A stretch of 63,996 nt of DNA, filler included, from Basidioascus undulatus (GCA_000826855.1; 4 parts of 4 records of this genome joined end to end with filler, not necessarily neighbours in it); one strand, 5' to 3'. Positions 39,147 through 52,749 are shown, numbered from the whole stretch's first letter. Notes: generated by a model from the letters alone, not told the origin. Made by a program: numbers and translations.

Positions 39147-41708
39147 TCACTCCGCCTTAAACGCCCTCCACACCTTAACCGCGTGGCTCGGAACAACGAC
39201 GCCCTGGATGGCGCCCTGGTGCACGCCCGCGTCCGCGCCCCAGCTGCCGCCCCACGTGGTGTTGCGGTCCGACCGCTCCCAGAGGTCGTACAGCTGGTAC
39301 GGGGCGTCGCGGATGGTGGAGTTCTGGAGCGCCGTATCGTCATCTTTGTGGAATGTGGGCTGGGAAGAAACGCGGGAGGGCACGCACGCTGTCCTTGAAA
39401 ACGTCGGCGAAAGACACGTCGAGCGTCTGCTGCTCGGGCGAGGTGTTGAGGACGGCAATGACGGTGGACCTGCAACAAGCCTAAGAAGGACTGTGGTAGA
39501 GTGTGACTCTAGTAAATCCACCCACTGGTTTGCCAGGTTCCCCATCCACAGCTGGAGGTCGCCGTCGTCCTCCACGGGACGCTTCCAGAGGCGGACGGCG
39601 GGGCGGCCAAGCGGGTCCTGGTTGATGTTGAGGATGGCCTTGTTCGTGAGGATCTACATTGAAAGGGAAACCCGAAACAGTTAGACAACATCACCATGCT
39701 TCCAGGCGAAACTTTCCCTACCTCGATTGTCTCCTCAGTCTGCTTGGTCAGGTCATGGCCCATAATGAGCGGCGACTTGACCATCGACCACATCGTAAAG
39801 TCTTTGGAGGATGTTGGTCAGAAGCAGAAGCCACGTATTTCAAGACATAGCATGGGGATAAGACAGTGTAACGACGTACGCGCGATGTTCTCGTTGCGGG
39901 TGAGGTCGCCATTGCCCACCTCGAGCATGTCGAGGTCGTTCCAGCTGTCGTCGGGGTCAGACTACGGAAGCTACTGCATCTAAGTCATTCAAACTCACTG
40001 GCCAGGAGCAGCCTTCTGGCCAATCGGAGCAGCCTTGTTGAGGATGTTCGTCCTGGGGGAAGCACGTCAGTCCACAGCCACCGCTTTCGAGAGAAGAGCA
40101 GGCCAACGACTCACATGCTGCAGTGGTATCCCGGGAGCTTACAGTCGAGCCCTTCGATGCATGGGCAGCGGTCGTCATAGCCGGTAAACACCTGTTGAAG
40201 TAACCGTCAAAGATTAGCTAGCGTGCCTCTCATAGTTTCCAGGGCGAGACAGACGTCGATGATGTCCTGTTTGAGAAGTTTGTCAGAGGGGAGTGCTCGG
40301 AAATAAGCGGGACGAGAACATACACCGCTCATGCGCCAGCTGTTAGCGATCTCCGTAGCCTGCACAAGCGGGGAGCGTCGTCAGACGAGTTCGAAGAGTT
40401 GAAAGCGACTGCGTACCCAGTTCCACGGGCCATCCTCGCCCCAGTTGCACATGGAGTAGAGAATCGGACGACCCTGCGAAGCTTTGTTAAGCGTTGATGG
40501 ACCAGCAGTAAAAGGGGACATCGCACAGTAGCGTTCAAGGCCTTGCTCATTTTCTCGTACCGGTCAAATGAGATCTTGGGCACGCCAGACCGGCCTTGGT
40601 TGTAGCCTGAGAACGATGCAAGGCAGTGAGGTTCAGGCCCTTTGTGAGTCATCTTTTCTCCGTGTACTTACAGTTATCGTATCTGATAAGAGGCCATGCT
40701 CAAGATCGTCAGTAACCGTGCCGTCAGCAATTCCGACAGTTGGGCACTTGAGATAGTCGACCTCCCACGCTGCGGACCTGTGTCAATCAAGTTCCGTGCC
40801 TGTCTGTAGGAAATGCTCACAAGCGTAGGTCTGCGCATCCACTTCCTCGTAGTCCAGCGAACCGAGGCGACGGCCGCAGGTGTACTGCCAGGCAAGTCAG
40901 CCCACGCGCTCAAGACGGCGGCGATGCAGAAAATTTGGGCGTACGACTCCGGCGTCGGAGTAGATGCCGATCTATGCAAAAAAAAACAGGTCAGTTTACA
41001 GTCGAACACAGAAACGAAGTACTAATACCTTCAAGCCCATAGCATGGATCTCGTCAGCCATCGCCTTCATGCCGCGGGGGAAGCGCTCGGCGTCTGCGTC
41101 GAGGCGACCAGTTTCTGGGTCGCGCTCGGCGGCTTGCCAGCCTGCGGTCGAAAGTCTGGGCACAGTGTCGGGGAATCCAAGGCCCACGGCTGGGCTTACA
41201 GTCGTCAATGACCACATCTGTTGATGGTCGTCAGTCCATGCCGAGGCTGGCTGCAGATTAGGCGACAAACCCACATTCGTACCCGTGCTCCTTCAGCCCA
41301 CTGTCGACGATGGTCTTGGCTGCGCTCAAGATCAGTTCCTCGTCGACGTTGCAAGCCTACGATCAGTTTCCTGTTAGCTTGGACCTCAAGAAGAAGAATG
41401 TGGACTTCGACAGACAAAAGTGTTCCTGGATGGCAGCCAGTCAGCAAGCGTTCGTCACCAAGCAATACAAGCAGCAACTTACCAGGTGTTCTACATTAAC
41501 CCAATGAAAACTTCGTCAGTTGTTGTTGTGATGTTGTTTTTTGTGATGGACGCACCCAGCCCATCTGAGGCGTCCGAGCCTGTTGTCCCATCCATCAGCT
41601 TCGACGCGCATGTGTCCACGTGTACGGTGGACTGACAAGGCCATTTTCAAGTGCTTTGGCGGAACCGGCAGCCAGCGCAAGGCCGAGAGCGGTTGAAAGT
41701 GTCAGCAT
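39147..41708 (-). CDS. Secreted alpha-galactosidase, GH27 (MEL1-like)
   Basis: Signal peptide then LENGL, PQMGWNTW, VIDD..WQ, FPRGMKAMAD, DYLKYDNC, SMCNWG, SWRMSGDI, NDLDMLEVGNG, MVKSPLIMG, INQDPLG. Confidence 0.95.
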
Positions 41709-42455
41709 GGTAAGCTTGAGGACGAGTGAAATGATGGAGGGTCTTCCACTGCCACCCTTCCCGCCTTTTAATGTATCTCGGATTGTCGCCCACCGGACTA
41801 CAGAACTGTGCACGAGGTCGGCCTCGGCATTTTCGCGGTTTGATCACCGACCGATCGTTCGACCTCTCGCCGCACCGCGCACAAGCAATCACTCCCGCTG
41901 CCAGAGACGCAGCGGAGACTCTTTCCGATGGTTTTTATACGTATGTGGTTCCCCTGGAAGCTTGCTATGGTGGGTGGGGACCGCACCCTCGTGATCCCTT
42001 GGAGGAAATAGCCAAGCTTTAAAAACGGACTATGACTGCATCTCCCGTACGATCGAGGAAGCGGAGGTGGCCCGTTCGAGAAGGAGGCCCGAGGTTGCGC
42101 CGGTGTGGGCGGCGTGCGGGCCGGAGACACCGAGCTCGCGAAATGCAGGCCACACGTACTCGTGAAGGCGAAGGAAGCTGGCGATGGATGCGGCCCATGC
42201 TGCATGTGCAGGTGTTGCACTCGAAGACACCAAAAGTCCTCAGAAACATGCAGCCCATGAGGGATTTGCTTCACGGACCGCGCAAACAGACGACCAACAA
42301 GGGCAGTCTCAAGGGTAAATAATCGTGGTATCCTCCCAGGCTTCACGACTACGCGCGTATAACGAAGTGTACATGAACGCTCTTCCGGCAAATATAGTGT
42401 CCGTAGGGCAAGAGATAAAAGACGGAAAGCACATCACGACGGGCAGCCGCCCCGC

Positions 42456-43786
42456 TCAGACAAGCAGCGCAGCGCCGAGAGCAACAGCGGCCAGCCCGAG
42501 CCCGACCCGAGAGGCCGACGCGCCGTTGCCGTCCTTAGGGGTCTCCGAGGCAGCAGCGGCGCCAGCAGTACTGCAATTCGAGGTGGTGCTTAGCTCGCCG
42601 TATCAAGCGCAGACGAGAAGAATGGACGTACACGTCGGCAATGGTCGCGCTCACGCTCAGCGGGACGGCGCTCGCAGTCGGCACGGCAGCAGAGTCGATG
42701 ATGCTAGTGCCCGCGAAGGGGGTGACGGCGGGCTTAGAGGGGGGCGAAGGGCCAGTGGGATAGGTCTTCTGGAAGGACGAGGTCTGGTTCGTCGGCGTCC
42801 AGTTGCCGTTCTCGTCAATGGACGCCGTCCCGTCAAGGGGGCTGACGATGTTGCCGCATGCCTGAGTGCGGAAGTATGTAAGAAGGTAAACTTCTGGAGA
42901 GTTGGAGGTGAAATCGTACAAGGCGGGACTTGTTCTCGCCGTGCAGAACGATGGAGCGGCCGAGGATGGAGAACGACTCCGGGTAGAAACGGATGACTGG
43001 ATAGAGCGAATCGTTCGTGTTCAAAGGGAGTTGAGTGGAGCGGGATGAAATTAAAGATACTCACACTCATCCTCGAACTTCTGCTCGGGAATAGCACCGG
43101 ACTCGGTGCCGTTGAGCGTGCCGTGCTTGCCAGAAAGCTGCTCGCCCATTGAGTGTCAGCCCGCGGTCGCTGCTCGTGTTTCACCAAGCGATAAAACTCA
43201 GTCGTACATCACCCTCCTCGCAGAAGGCGGGCATGTCCTGGAGTGTGCTCGTCAACACGCTGTCGCTTCGGGAAAGGGATCTGAAACGCACCTTGCTGCA
43301 CTTGACAGAGTCGGTCACGCCCAAGGGGTCGAGGTGGCCCTTCGTAGCCGTGCAGTTGTTCCCCTCTAAGAAGGACAAGATTCTTGTAAGCGATACTCGA
43401 GGAAGAACGTGTCAGACCGTGCAGCAGGCACCGCAGGCAGCGTACCACCGACGGGGTTGGTGTGGATGTGGTACGAGTGAGAAAGGCTAGTGTTGGTGAG
43501 ACCTGGAAGATGATGCATGATTTTCTTCAGAAACATCGATACCCACATGAAGTAAGCACAAAGACTCACCACCGAGGACCTCAATCGTGTACTCGGTCGC
43601 CGCCCCGACAGTCCCCCGGAAAGTCACGACGGCCTCAACATTGTTGGGACCGGTGAGGTGCGCCTGCGCGACCAGGTCCTGGCCCTCGAAAGTTGGGCTC
43701 GAGTCCTGCCGCGCGTGAATGGGCGGGTAGGAGAGCGCGGAAGCGGAGATCGCGAGGACGGCGAGGGGGCCGAGAGAGGCGAGCAT
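42456..43786 (-). CDS. Secreted GPI-anchored Cu-only superoxide dismutase (SOD5-like)
   Basis: Signal peptide, YHIH, GHLDP, CEEGDLSGKHG, GRSIVLH, RLACGNI, S/T/P-rich stalk and hydrophobic C-terminus GNGASASRVGLGLAAVALGAALLV*. Confidence 0.88.
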
Positions 43787-45471
43787 GGTGGGTGTATATG
43801 TAGCGAGCGTCTGTGATATTACTGGATCAAGAACGAGCGACCGGTGAATCCCAATGGGGAATGCTAGCGAGGAGAGAGGGAGGAAAGAAGTTGAACAGAT
43901 GGTGGAAAGAGAAAGAGGGGGTGAGCACGAGCCGCGAGAAACAGCAGTCGCTCAGGGCCTAAGCGCCTACACGAGCTTGAGCGCGGCACTTCCGCTTGGC
44001 TGCACCCCCGTGGCCGCGAACGCCTGACTACGCAATTTGGCGCTCAGACGGCTGGGCTTTTGGCCGGAACGCGTGGATCGGTTCGGAAAACCCCCTCGCA
44101 CGGGCATATTTGGGCATATAGAGTCTCAACGCGTGGCTTCCCTCGCGAGTGCTGAGCGGATGTTGATGGCTGTCGACGCGGCTGAGAACGCGTTAACGCT
44201 TGAGGTGCACGACTTGTCAGTTTTGATAGTGAAACCCGGCACATTTTGACGCGAATTAAGACTCAAAAAATGCTGTTTGCGACTTCCATGCATGCATTGG
44301 AACGTCAAACCTACGGCGAGCTCCAGGGAACATCTCAACGAGCTGCGCGATGAAGGCAATGCCGGACTGCCCGCGACTCGCCCGCGACAAGTCACTGCGA
44401 AAGACTCAACAGTACTAGATAGAGGGGTAGAGAAAATAGATGGTGTCAAGTTTACCCTTAGAAATAATCTCACATGTATAACGAGCAGGGGCAAGAAAGA
44501 GATGCTCGTCGCCATTTCTGTTCGCAGGACCCATGAAAGACGCTGTCGCGCTTTATTGCCTAGACAAACAACCGCAGCGGCGGCTCCGCCTGGACTATAC
44601 ATTTCTAGGAAAGATTTTGATTGAGTGAGTTCAGGAATCCTTTGCGTCCAGTTCGCTAGCCAACATCGTTTCCGACGCTCAGATTCAACCAGCTTCACCG
44701 TTCACTGGAGCCCTGCTCGGTCGAATCCTACCTTCTCCAGACCCACGTCTCATCTTCACTGTGACCAATCAACCATCTATGCATAGCAAGTCTTCCCAGT
44801 GCCTTGCTCTGTCTAACGCGCTTTCGACAGCTCCTTCACAGCGTCGTGCGCCTCCATTCCCGCCTTCGCCCACCGCTCTGGAACGGCCGTGTCCTCCTTC
44901 GCCTGCTCCCTTCTCATAAAACACCTCGACAAGTGGTCGAGGTTCAAGAAGGGAAGAAGGAAGAAGTCGTTTGATTGCTGCAGGGCAATTTGACGTCATT
45001 TCAGCGTATTGATTGGGAGCAGCTCGTCGTCAACAACGCTCCAATCCTTGAGCTCAAGCTGAAGGCATGAGGTATGCCTGAAAAATATCAGGAAAATATA
45101 ACTGTAATTAGTACGAGAGTTTTCGAACGTGCGAAGTCCATGCACGTCGTCCGGCAAGTACATGTGTGCCGAGTCGACCAGGCCCGGAAGTGGTTTGTTT
45201 GCAACCTCGTCTTGTCGGGTAGAACAAGAGAATCGGTAAATTTCCAAGGTTAAGCTGAGGCTGACTTTGCTAGATCTCTGCCCAATTGCGGGAGGATCTC
45301 CCCAGCGGCGTATGTTGAGCTTGTGCCCCAGGCAGTACTTCTTCTGGCGCAATGTCGTGCAGCCCATATTGCACAAGCCCCACACGAAGAAAGCTATGCA
45401 TTTCTGATATGTCACTGAGAGGGTCGGTCGATCTTCCGTACATCCAAGTTACCATGCGCTCCCATACTCTT

Positions 45472-48291
45472 TCACGTCTGAACATCAACCCACACGTCCC
45501 TCTGCAGTGGCGGGGACTGCGGGTCCCGAGGCGCGGAGAAGTGGGTCTGCGGATCGTAAACAAACGCGTCAGCAATAGGTACACGGATCAACGTGAACCG
45601 AACTCAAACAGGAGGGGCAAGTGTAAACGGACCTCGAGGAACGGCTTGACGATCCCGCCCTTCTTCTGGTCGAAGCGCTTGTAGACCTCCTCGATGTCCT
45701 CGAACCTGGGGGGTGGGCAGATAAGGTATGGGTGTGATTATGGGAATGGTTAAACCATACCGGAAGCGGTGCGTGACGATGTCAAGCGGGTTGAAGCGAC
45801 CCTGGCGGACGTGCTCCATGCATTCGGCTACGTACGCTTGCCCTGGGTTCTGGGAACAGCCTGCCATGGCAATCCACCGAAGTTAGAGCGCTATCCGCAC
45901 ACACTGGGTCCAGACACATACCGATGAGGCGGATTCTTTTCAATGCGTCGCGATCAGCGTTTTGAACTGGGCACATGAAAACCAAGCAGCATGCGTACCC
46001 TTTCTCCATGAAGGCGCCGACATTGAAGCCGTCCGCCTGTACAGCATGAGGTGTGAGCCGGATGTCCCTGCAAAAGCGACTTGGTGCCACGCACATAGCC
46101 GAGGTAGTCTGCAATGAGGCCGACATTGCCGAACCTGTGTGGACGATTCCATGTGAGTCACACCTCGCAACGGCGATGGGATGAGGGTCCCGTACTTCTT
46201 GGTGGAGACGATGCACTGCGAGCGTAGGACTTCAGCTAGAGCACATCCTCAAAGCCGTGTTCACCAAACAAGCGCACCTCGTTCATGATGTCCGACGTGT
46301 CCGTCTCTGCCCTTCCAGCAGTCAGCGGACTGCCCTGCCCACGCTGCTCGACACTCACGCAGTCCCATAGTCCTCTTGAGTTTCTGACTTGTGCTCTTCT
46401 CGTATCTGCTCCATCCCTCGCATCAGAAGCTCTCCTTCCCCGCCGACCCGCCAACAGACCGACCTGAAAGCAGCGGCGTCGATCGCCCTGTCCAAGCCCT
46501 TAGGCACGAGCTCGAGCACGCGCCGGGGCACGTTCTCGTACTCGTCAAAGTTGATCGTCTCTGCGCCGTACTTGTCGTGCGCGAGCTTGAGCCGCTCCGG
46601 CACGCGGTCGATCGCGATGATGCGTCCGACGCCGAAGAACTTGAGCCATTGACCTGAGTGGGGGAGTTGGTGACTGCGCTTTCGAGGGGAGAAGAGAAAG
46701 CGGTATACAGATGAGGAGGCCGATGGGCCCGAGTCCTGCGTGGTCCGGGTTCCGTCGATAAGAAAAGTTCGAAATACATGAGAAACGGAAATACACACCC
46801 CACACGCCAATGGTCTCGCCCGTCTGCACGCCGGTGTCGCGCACGGCGTGGTACCTTTCAGTGTGGGGTGTATGGTCAATGCCTGCACAGACTCAACAAA
46901 CCACAAGCATTAAAACGTACGAAGTGACGACGATATCCGAGAGGTACAGCGCCTTCTCATTCGAGACGTCGTCCGGGATGTGCGTCGCATTGGTGTCCCC
47001 GAAGGGCACGCTGTCACAGCCAGCGGCAAGTCATCAGTCGTCCAAGACCAGATTCTCGTCAAGCAAATAAATGCAATGCAGCCCTACCGGACCAATTCAG
47101 CTTGGCAACCCTGCAAACAAACTCAATACACACACAGCCATCTCCGACGAGGGGAAATCACGTACAGGGTACCCGCCCTACACCACAGCGCTCAGTCACA
47201 GCGCTCAGTCAGTGCCTGTTTTTCTCATCCTAAGGTCGACCTGCACCGAATGATTAAACCTCACCGTGATGTGCCCATACCCAAAAATGCCCGAAAAGAC
47301 GTGGCCGTACATCTCCTCCATGTTCCGGCTCGGGTTGGTGTTCTCGCAGCCGGAGACTGTCGTCCACAAAGGTCAGCTTCCCCGGCCTGCCTGTTCACTT
47401 CACTTAGAGGAACCAAAACGGACACAGCCCCTTCTTGCAGTAGTCGCAGCTGCCGCACGCAATGACGGCGGAGACGACGACGCGCTGCAAGGTGCGAGGG
47501 GGCATGTGAGGCTGTCGTCTGCTTTCAGAAGGGGAGGGGAGCAGGAACCCAGGTCGCCGACTTTGTGCTTCTTCACGGCTGGGCCGACTTTGTCGATGAT
47601 CTGGGTGCGTGGTCGCTCGAGGTAAGTATGGGTGAAACGGGAAGCGTATGTAGAGGGAAAGGCAAGACACACGCCGCAGCACTCGTGCCCGAGGATGTCG
47701 CCAGGCTTGAGCTCGAACGGCTGCGAGAAACCGAGGGTTCCCCATCCACTTCAACATCACCTAAAGTTGATACAACGGAGAACAAACGCACCTCGCCATG
47801 GTACAAGTGCCTTTCCCCCCGCGCACCACATGTCAGCGCCCACTCTTCCCTCCTTCCTCGCATGAAACAAAGAAACAACCCACAAGTCGCTCCCGCAAAC
47901 AGTGGCGCCAGTAACCTGAACCAGCACGTCGGCGTCGTCCGTGAGGTCCGGCGGCTCATGGTCGACGAGGCGGACGCATTCCTTCGCCTGCCTGTGCTCC
48001 ACGTCCCCGTCCCACATTCAATGCCTTTCTTTGTCTGGAAGGCAAGGGAGGAGGAAGGGGAGGAGGAGGAAGAGGAAAAGAAGGAAGGGAGAAGAGGGAG
48101 GAGAGGAACGGACCAAGTGAGCGCCTTCATGCTTTTCCCCGCCTGCCAGAGCGGCTGGACAGTGATGGGGATCTTGCGCGGGGGCTTGGATTCTTCGGCG
48201 GCGAGGAAGGCGGCCTGTTTCCGGCGTTTCCACGTTCATCATCAGCACCATCATGCCCCCACTCGGAGGGAGAACGCACGTTAGTTGCCAT
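45472..48291 (-). CDS. Zn-dependent medium-chain dehydrogenase, formaldehyde-dehydrogenase-like subfamily
   Basis: MKALTW, VCGSDLHLYHG, ILGHECCG, IACGSCDYCKKG, ALYLSDI, GVWGLGPIG, IAIDRVPERL, QTDTSDIMNE, THRF. Confidence 0.92.
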
Positions 48292-49180
48292 GTTGTCTTT
48301 TCTTTTCCTGTTTGTGGACTGGGAGTGGAGTTTAGAGTATGACCGATGCGGTTGAAGGAAGACAAAATGTGGCGTCGACGTGTTTTTCAAGGAAGTGCGA
48401 GGGCGATGCGAAAGGGTGACAGCCCCGGGGCGCACAGCGGCAGCAACTCTCTGCTTGTTTGGCTGGCTGAGCATATGGCATCAAAGTCCCCGCACTCAGA
48501 CACATACCCGCCACGCATGAGGGGAGGAAGGATGGGATACCGCGGCGTAGGTGCAAGGGGCATCTTGGCTTCCGAGTGTCCGAGTAAGCAGCGCGCGGAA
48601 GCCCAGACTCAGCTCGAATTTCCGGGCACGTCAGGCTGGGTCCGAGCAGGTGTTGATGCGAGGAAGAACGAGGAAGAACGGATGAAGCGAGGGGCCGAGG
48701 TGAAGATAATGTAAAGGAACAACGAGACGGGCGCATGAGGCTCGTAAGTGGACGCCGATCAAGTAGCTGGTGACTGTGCGACCTGCGCCATGCGCACGAC
48801 AAACCGGGCGCGTCCGAAGCTTGTCTGAAAGCACGGCGATGGCTAGTGCGATCGGGGGGGATAAGTACTATCATCAAGCCCACGACCCTCTTGCCGTCCA
48901 CCAACTCCGAGCTGGATTCTCCCAGCGACAGCCCACATTCAATCTAGCACCAGCTCCGCAGTGCGATCGAAAACGAAGTCGAAAAGCGTCAGCTCCATCC
49001 CCTCCTCCCCTCCCTCCCCCTCCTCTCAGCCTCTCTCAAGCCCACAGCACTAAGAAATTATCTATCGTAGTCATCCCCGTCCTACCACTCCAAGCGTCCA
49101 AGTCAAGTCCTTTCCCCACCTCCCACCTTCCCAACCCTCGCCCCGTCCCCGCCCCGCCCCGAACATATCGCAGCGGGAGC

Positions 49181-49267
49181 TCAAGCCGCCTTAATGCTCT
49201 GCAGGTACGAGACGTGGTACGGGTTTTGCTCCGTCTCGGTGGAGCGGTTGTGGGGGACCCACTTCGG
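49181..49267 (-). CDS. ADI1: Last exon of acireductone dioxygenase (rest lost at contig end)
   Basis: After a CAG acceptor: PKWVPHNRSTETEQNPYHVSYLQSIKAA*, matching the fungal ARD C-terminal pattern (EPKW..NR...NP.R..YL). Confidence 0.65.
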   Translation of the reverse strand, partial: PKWVPHNRSTETEQNPYHVSYLQSIKAA

Positions 49268-49470
49268 CTGTTGGTGGGGGTGGGGGTGTGAGGCAGTGGG
49301 GAGGAGAGGTGGGGTTGAGGTGGAGTGAGGGTGAGAGTCGAGTTGCAAGAGGCGGGTAGGTGGGAGAGAGCGAGAGCCGAGGAGAGCGAGCGGGTGGTGT
49401 GGGCGTCGTGGGGGAGACAACAGAGGGGAGGGGAGGAAGAGGAGGCGGCGAGCGGCGGGGAGGGAGTGAG

Positions 49471-49570
49471 NNNNNNNNNNNNNNNNNNNNNNNNNNNNNN
49501 NNNNNNNNNNNNNNTTAATTAATTAANNNNNNNNNNNNNNNNNNNNNNNNNNNNNNNNNNNNNNNNNNNN
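49471..49570. other. Artificial contig linker
   Basis: Same 100-nt spacer. Confidence 0.98.
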
Positions 49571-49822
49571 GGGCGGCGAAGGAGGAGGAGGAGGGTTTTT
49601 AGTGCGTAAGGTGGTAAGATTGCCGTGTATGGACGCACGTGATCGTTGAGGGACCAGAGTAGCCCGTCGAGGAGGCAGACAAGGTGCGAGTCCTCCTCCA
49701 CCGCCTGCAGCTGCGAGCGTGGACGCCGCCCGCCGTTCGAGCGCGCTGAGGATGCGCTCGACGTGCGCTATACGGTGTGCGCTCGAAAGAAGGGGCGAGC
49801 TCATCCGCGGCTTGAGCAGCAT
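49571..49822 (-). CDS. 5' fragment of an unknown, possibly mitochondrial protein
   Basis: MLLKPRMSSPLLSSAHRIAHVERILSALERRAAST is R/S/L-rich; the frame runs open into the gap and lies divergent to the carrier gene. Confidence 0.35.
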
Positions 49823-50154
49823 CGGGTCAGTCGCGAGCAGGAGTACGAGAGCAGTAGATGGTCGTCGGTGGAAGAGAAGAACGTCAGGGCGTCAGTTTGT
49901 CTTGTCAGTGTCACTTGTCGTACGTCGGTCGCCGCAAAGTATGGATGCTTTTTCAAATCCGCGGACGGAAATCAAAGAAGTGATCAAAACTATCTGATAA
50001 TCAGCGGGGGCCGTGCAGGAGGCCGGGGGGAGGCGGGCGTCTTCCCTCTTGACTCTCACTCCCTCTCAGCCGACGATCTCCCATCTCCAGCGATTCATCT
50101 CGCTCAACCACTCTCGCTGCATCGGCTATTTATCGATTCCAGAGGCGGACATCG

Positions 50155-51431
50155 ATGGAAGGACCGCCTGTGGAGGTGGTCGGCCAGGAGCAGGGAACGG
50201 GCAAGGCCCCCCCGAGCGCGGTCAAGGACGTGGCGTTTGGCAGTGTGCGTCCTGGCCTCTCCCTCTTCCTCGCGATGGATAGGAGGGCTCTAACGACAGG
50301 GGGGTTGTTCAGACCGCTGGAATGATAGCCAAAATATTCGAACATCCCTTCGACCTCGTCAAAGTCCGCCTCCAGTCCCAGCCGCCGCACCTCCCGGCAC
50401 GCTTCACCGGCCCCGTCGACTGCTTCCGGCAGACCATCGCGAAGGAGGGGTTCCTTGGGCTGTACAGGGTGCGTTGGCGCTCCCTCATCCCCTCCCCATT
50501 TCCACTCATTCCCTCTTGCTGCTGCTGACGGGGTGGCGCACCAGGGCATCTCCATGCCCCTCGTCGGCGCCGCTGCGGAGAACGCGACGCTCTTCTTCGC
50601 GTACCGCCTCGCCCAAGACTCGATCAAGCGCGGCACGGGCGCGCCTGCCAACGCTGAGCTCTCCCTCGGCCAGCTTGGAGTCGCCGCCGGTGCAGCAGGC
50701 GCAGTCGCGTCTTTCGTCCTGTGCGTCCTCTCCCTTTCTCCCGCCCCCACCTCCCCCCTCTCATCTCCACCTCTCCCTCTTCCACCTCCTTCCCGCTTCC
50801 CTCACCTGTGATGCATATCCTCTTCCGCACCGCTAGAACCCCCATAGAATACATCAAATGCCGCATGCAAGTGCAGATGCTCTCCTTCCCCACCACCGCC
50901 ACCTCCACCTCCCCCTCCGCACCCTCCAAGCCACCAGGCGCGATCCCTCTGCTCTTCTCCACGCTGAAGACGCACGGCGCGCGAGGCCTGTGGCTCGGGC
51001 AGACGGGGACGCTCATCCGCGAGACGGGCGGGAGCGCCGCCTGGTTCGGGACGTTCGAGGCCGTCACGCGCTTCTTCCTCCGCCAACCCCCCACTTCCCC
51101 CCTCTCCTCCTCCCCCTCTTCTTCCCACCCAGGAGAGAAGCGCACCAAGTCGGACCTCCCAACATGGCAGCTCCTCCTGGCGGGCGCATGCGCGGGCGTG
51201 GCATACAACGTCGTCTGCTTCCCGGCCGACAGCGTCAAGTCGGCGCTGCAGACGTCCGACGAGCTGGGCGGCGCGGAGAAGAAGGGATTCTGGGCCACGG
51301 GCAGGGAGATCTGGAAGGGCCGTGGCATGAGGGGGCTGTATGCCGGGATGGGCGTGACGATCGCCAGGAGCGCGCCGAGCTCGGCGATCATCTTTGGACT
51401 GTTTGAGTGGATGATGGGCACTTGGGGGTAG
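50155..51431 (+). CDS. ORT1: Mitochondrial ornithine carrier
   Basis: Three carrier signatures ([30 protein letters not shown]) plus [28 protein letters not shown]. Confidence 0.88.
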
Positions 51432-51672
51432 GGGCGAGGCGGGCACGGACGCTGCGGTGCGGGAGGAGCATAGAGACTTTATTTGGACGCTGCTGGTGAC
51501 TGTGGCAGTGTGCTCTCGGGCGTCTCAGTAGTGTAGATGTCCTAGTTATCCGGAGTCGTACTGGACTCCGCTTACGAACGGCTAATTGGGGGTCTGCAAT
51601 CCCATACTCGCTCTGCAAATGCAAGGTGTGTGGGTCCCGACCTGTGGCTGAGGCATTACGGGGGTCAGGGCA

Positions 51673-52749
51673 TCAAGACGTTCTTCCCAGGTTTCCGGGA
51701 CTTTGGGCGGGTGTATGGACGTGTCGCGCTGTTTGACCTTGACCTCGGAAGTCGGGGGCTATCTCAGTTCTTCTTGTGAGGGACCGACTTCGACTCTCGA
51801 ATGCCGTAGCTCTGGAGAATAGACGGTAGCACCAGAGCATGCAGCAATGACTATGCGGGACACCGCGGTGCTCGGCTTTGCTCGACTTTTCCAGAATTGG
51901 TGCATTATTTCGACGCTGGTAACCTTGTGTCCTTCGCGGTCTCACGTATTTGCCGCAATCGGCGTAACGACAGTGCCGGCAGCAGTTGCGACCTCGGGAG
52001 TTTTGGGCAGAGTCGGCCCAACCCTGTGGATGCCCGTCTTCGTGAATCCCTCTTGAACATCGAAGGGAGTAAAATGGTTGACCTCGGGGATCTCGACGTG
52101 ATGCACGGCGGTACCAGTCGCGAGCCAGGACCAGGTGATGTCTGTCGAGTGCCGTCCCGTCAACATCGGTGTTTTCCGCACATCGTCGTTTACAGCGGCG
52201 CAGCCGTCGGGAGAACTACCTGCATAACCTTGATGCCCTAATGGAATGTTTACTGTTTCGAGCTTTATCCCAACGTTTATCACCGCATTCGCCCGGGAAA
52301 CAGCCTCAGTGTCTGGGCCTGGAGGTCCAGCAGAGCACGCTGCGTGCCCCGGGCCGTGGACGCGGCGCCGGTGTCGAGGAGCGTATAGTTTGTCAAAATA
52401 TGGCGAGGAGGGTCCTGTCCAGGAATCCTCGGAGAAATGAGTTCGACGTGTCATTTATGCCCCACCGAACACGAGGCCGAAGGTGGCGATCAGCTTGTGG
52501 CTCGGTGGTGGCTAGGGGCTCGCGTACAGGCTGATAGTCGGGGATGGGTCAGAGGGCTGCTCGTCGGGTATGGCGGTGGAAGGGCGCAAGAGGGTGAATT
52601 ACTTTGGAGTAGAGCTCCTTGAGTAAGACCCGAAGGGCTGCAGGAAGCAAAAGTGACGGGACGGGTGAATCACTGCGCATCGAAGGTCCGCTTCGTCGCC
52701 GGTGCCCACAAGTTAGGAAACTCGTTGCAGGTCCACTACTTTCTGCCAC
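51673..52749 (-). pseudogene. Possible heavily decayed F-box-like gene
   Basis: LLKELYSKVIHPL resembles the F-box start LPxELxxxIxxxL, followed by stop-interrupted frames. Weak. Confidence 0.2.

Noticed and set aside
44996..45415. Possible small spliced gene downstream of the dehydrogenase
   Set aside because: No recognisable motif and ambiguous frames; may be 3' UTR or a relic.
52364..52381. LLDTGA retroviral-protease-like motif on the minus strand
   Set aside because: Short frame bounded by stops; no gag, RT, integrase or LTR nearby.
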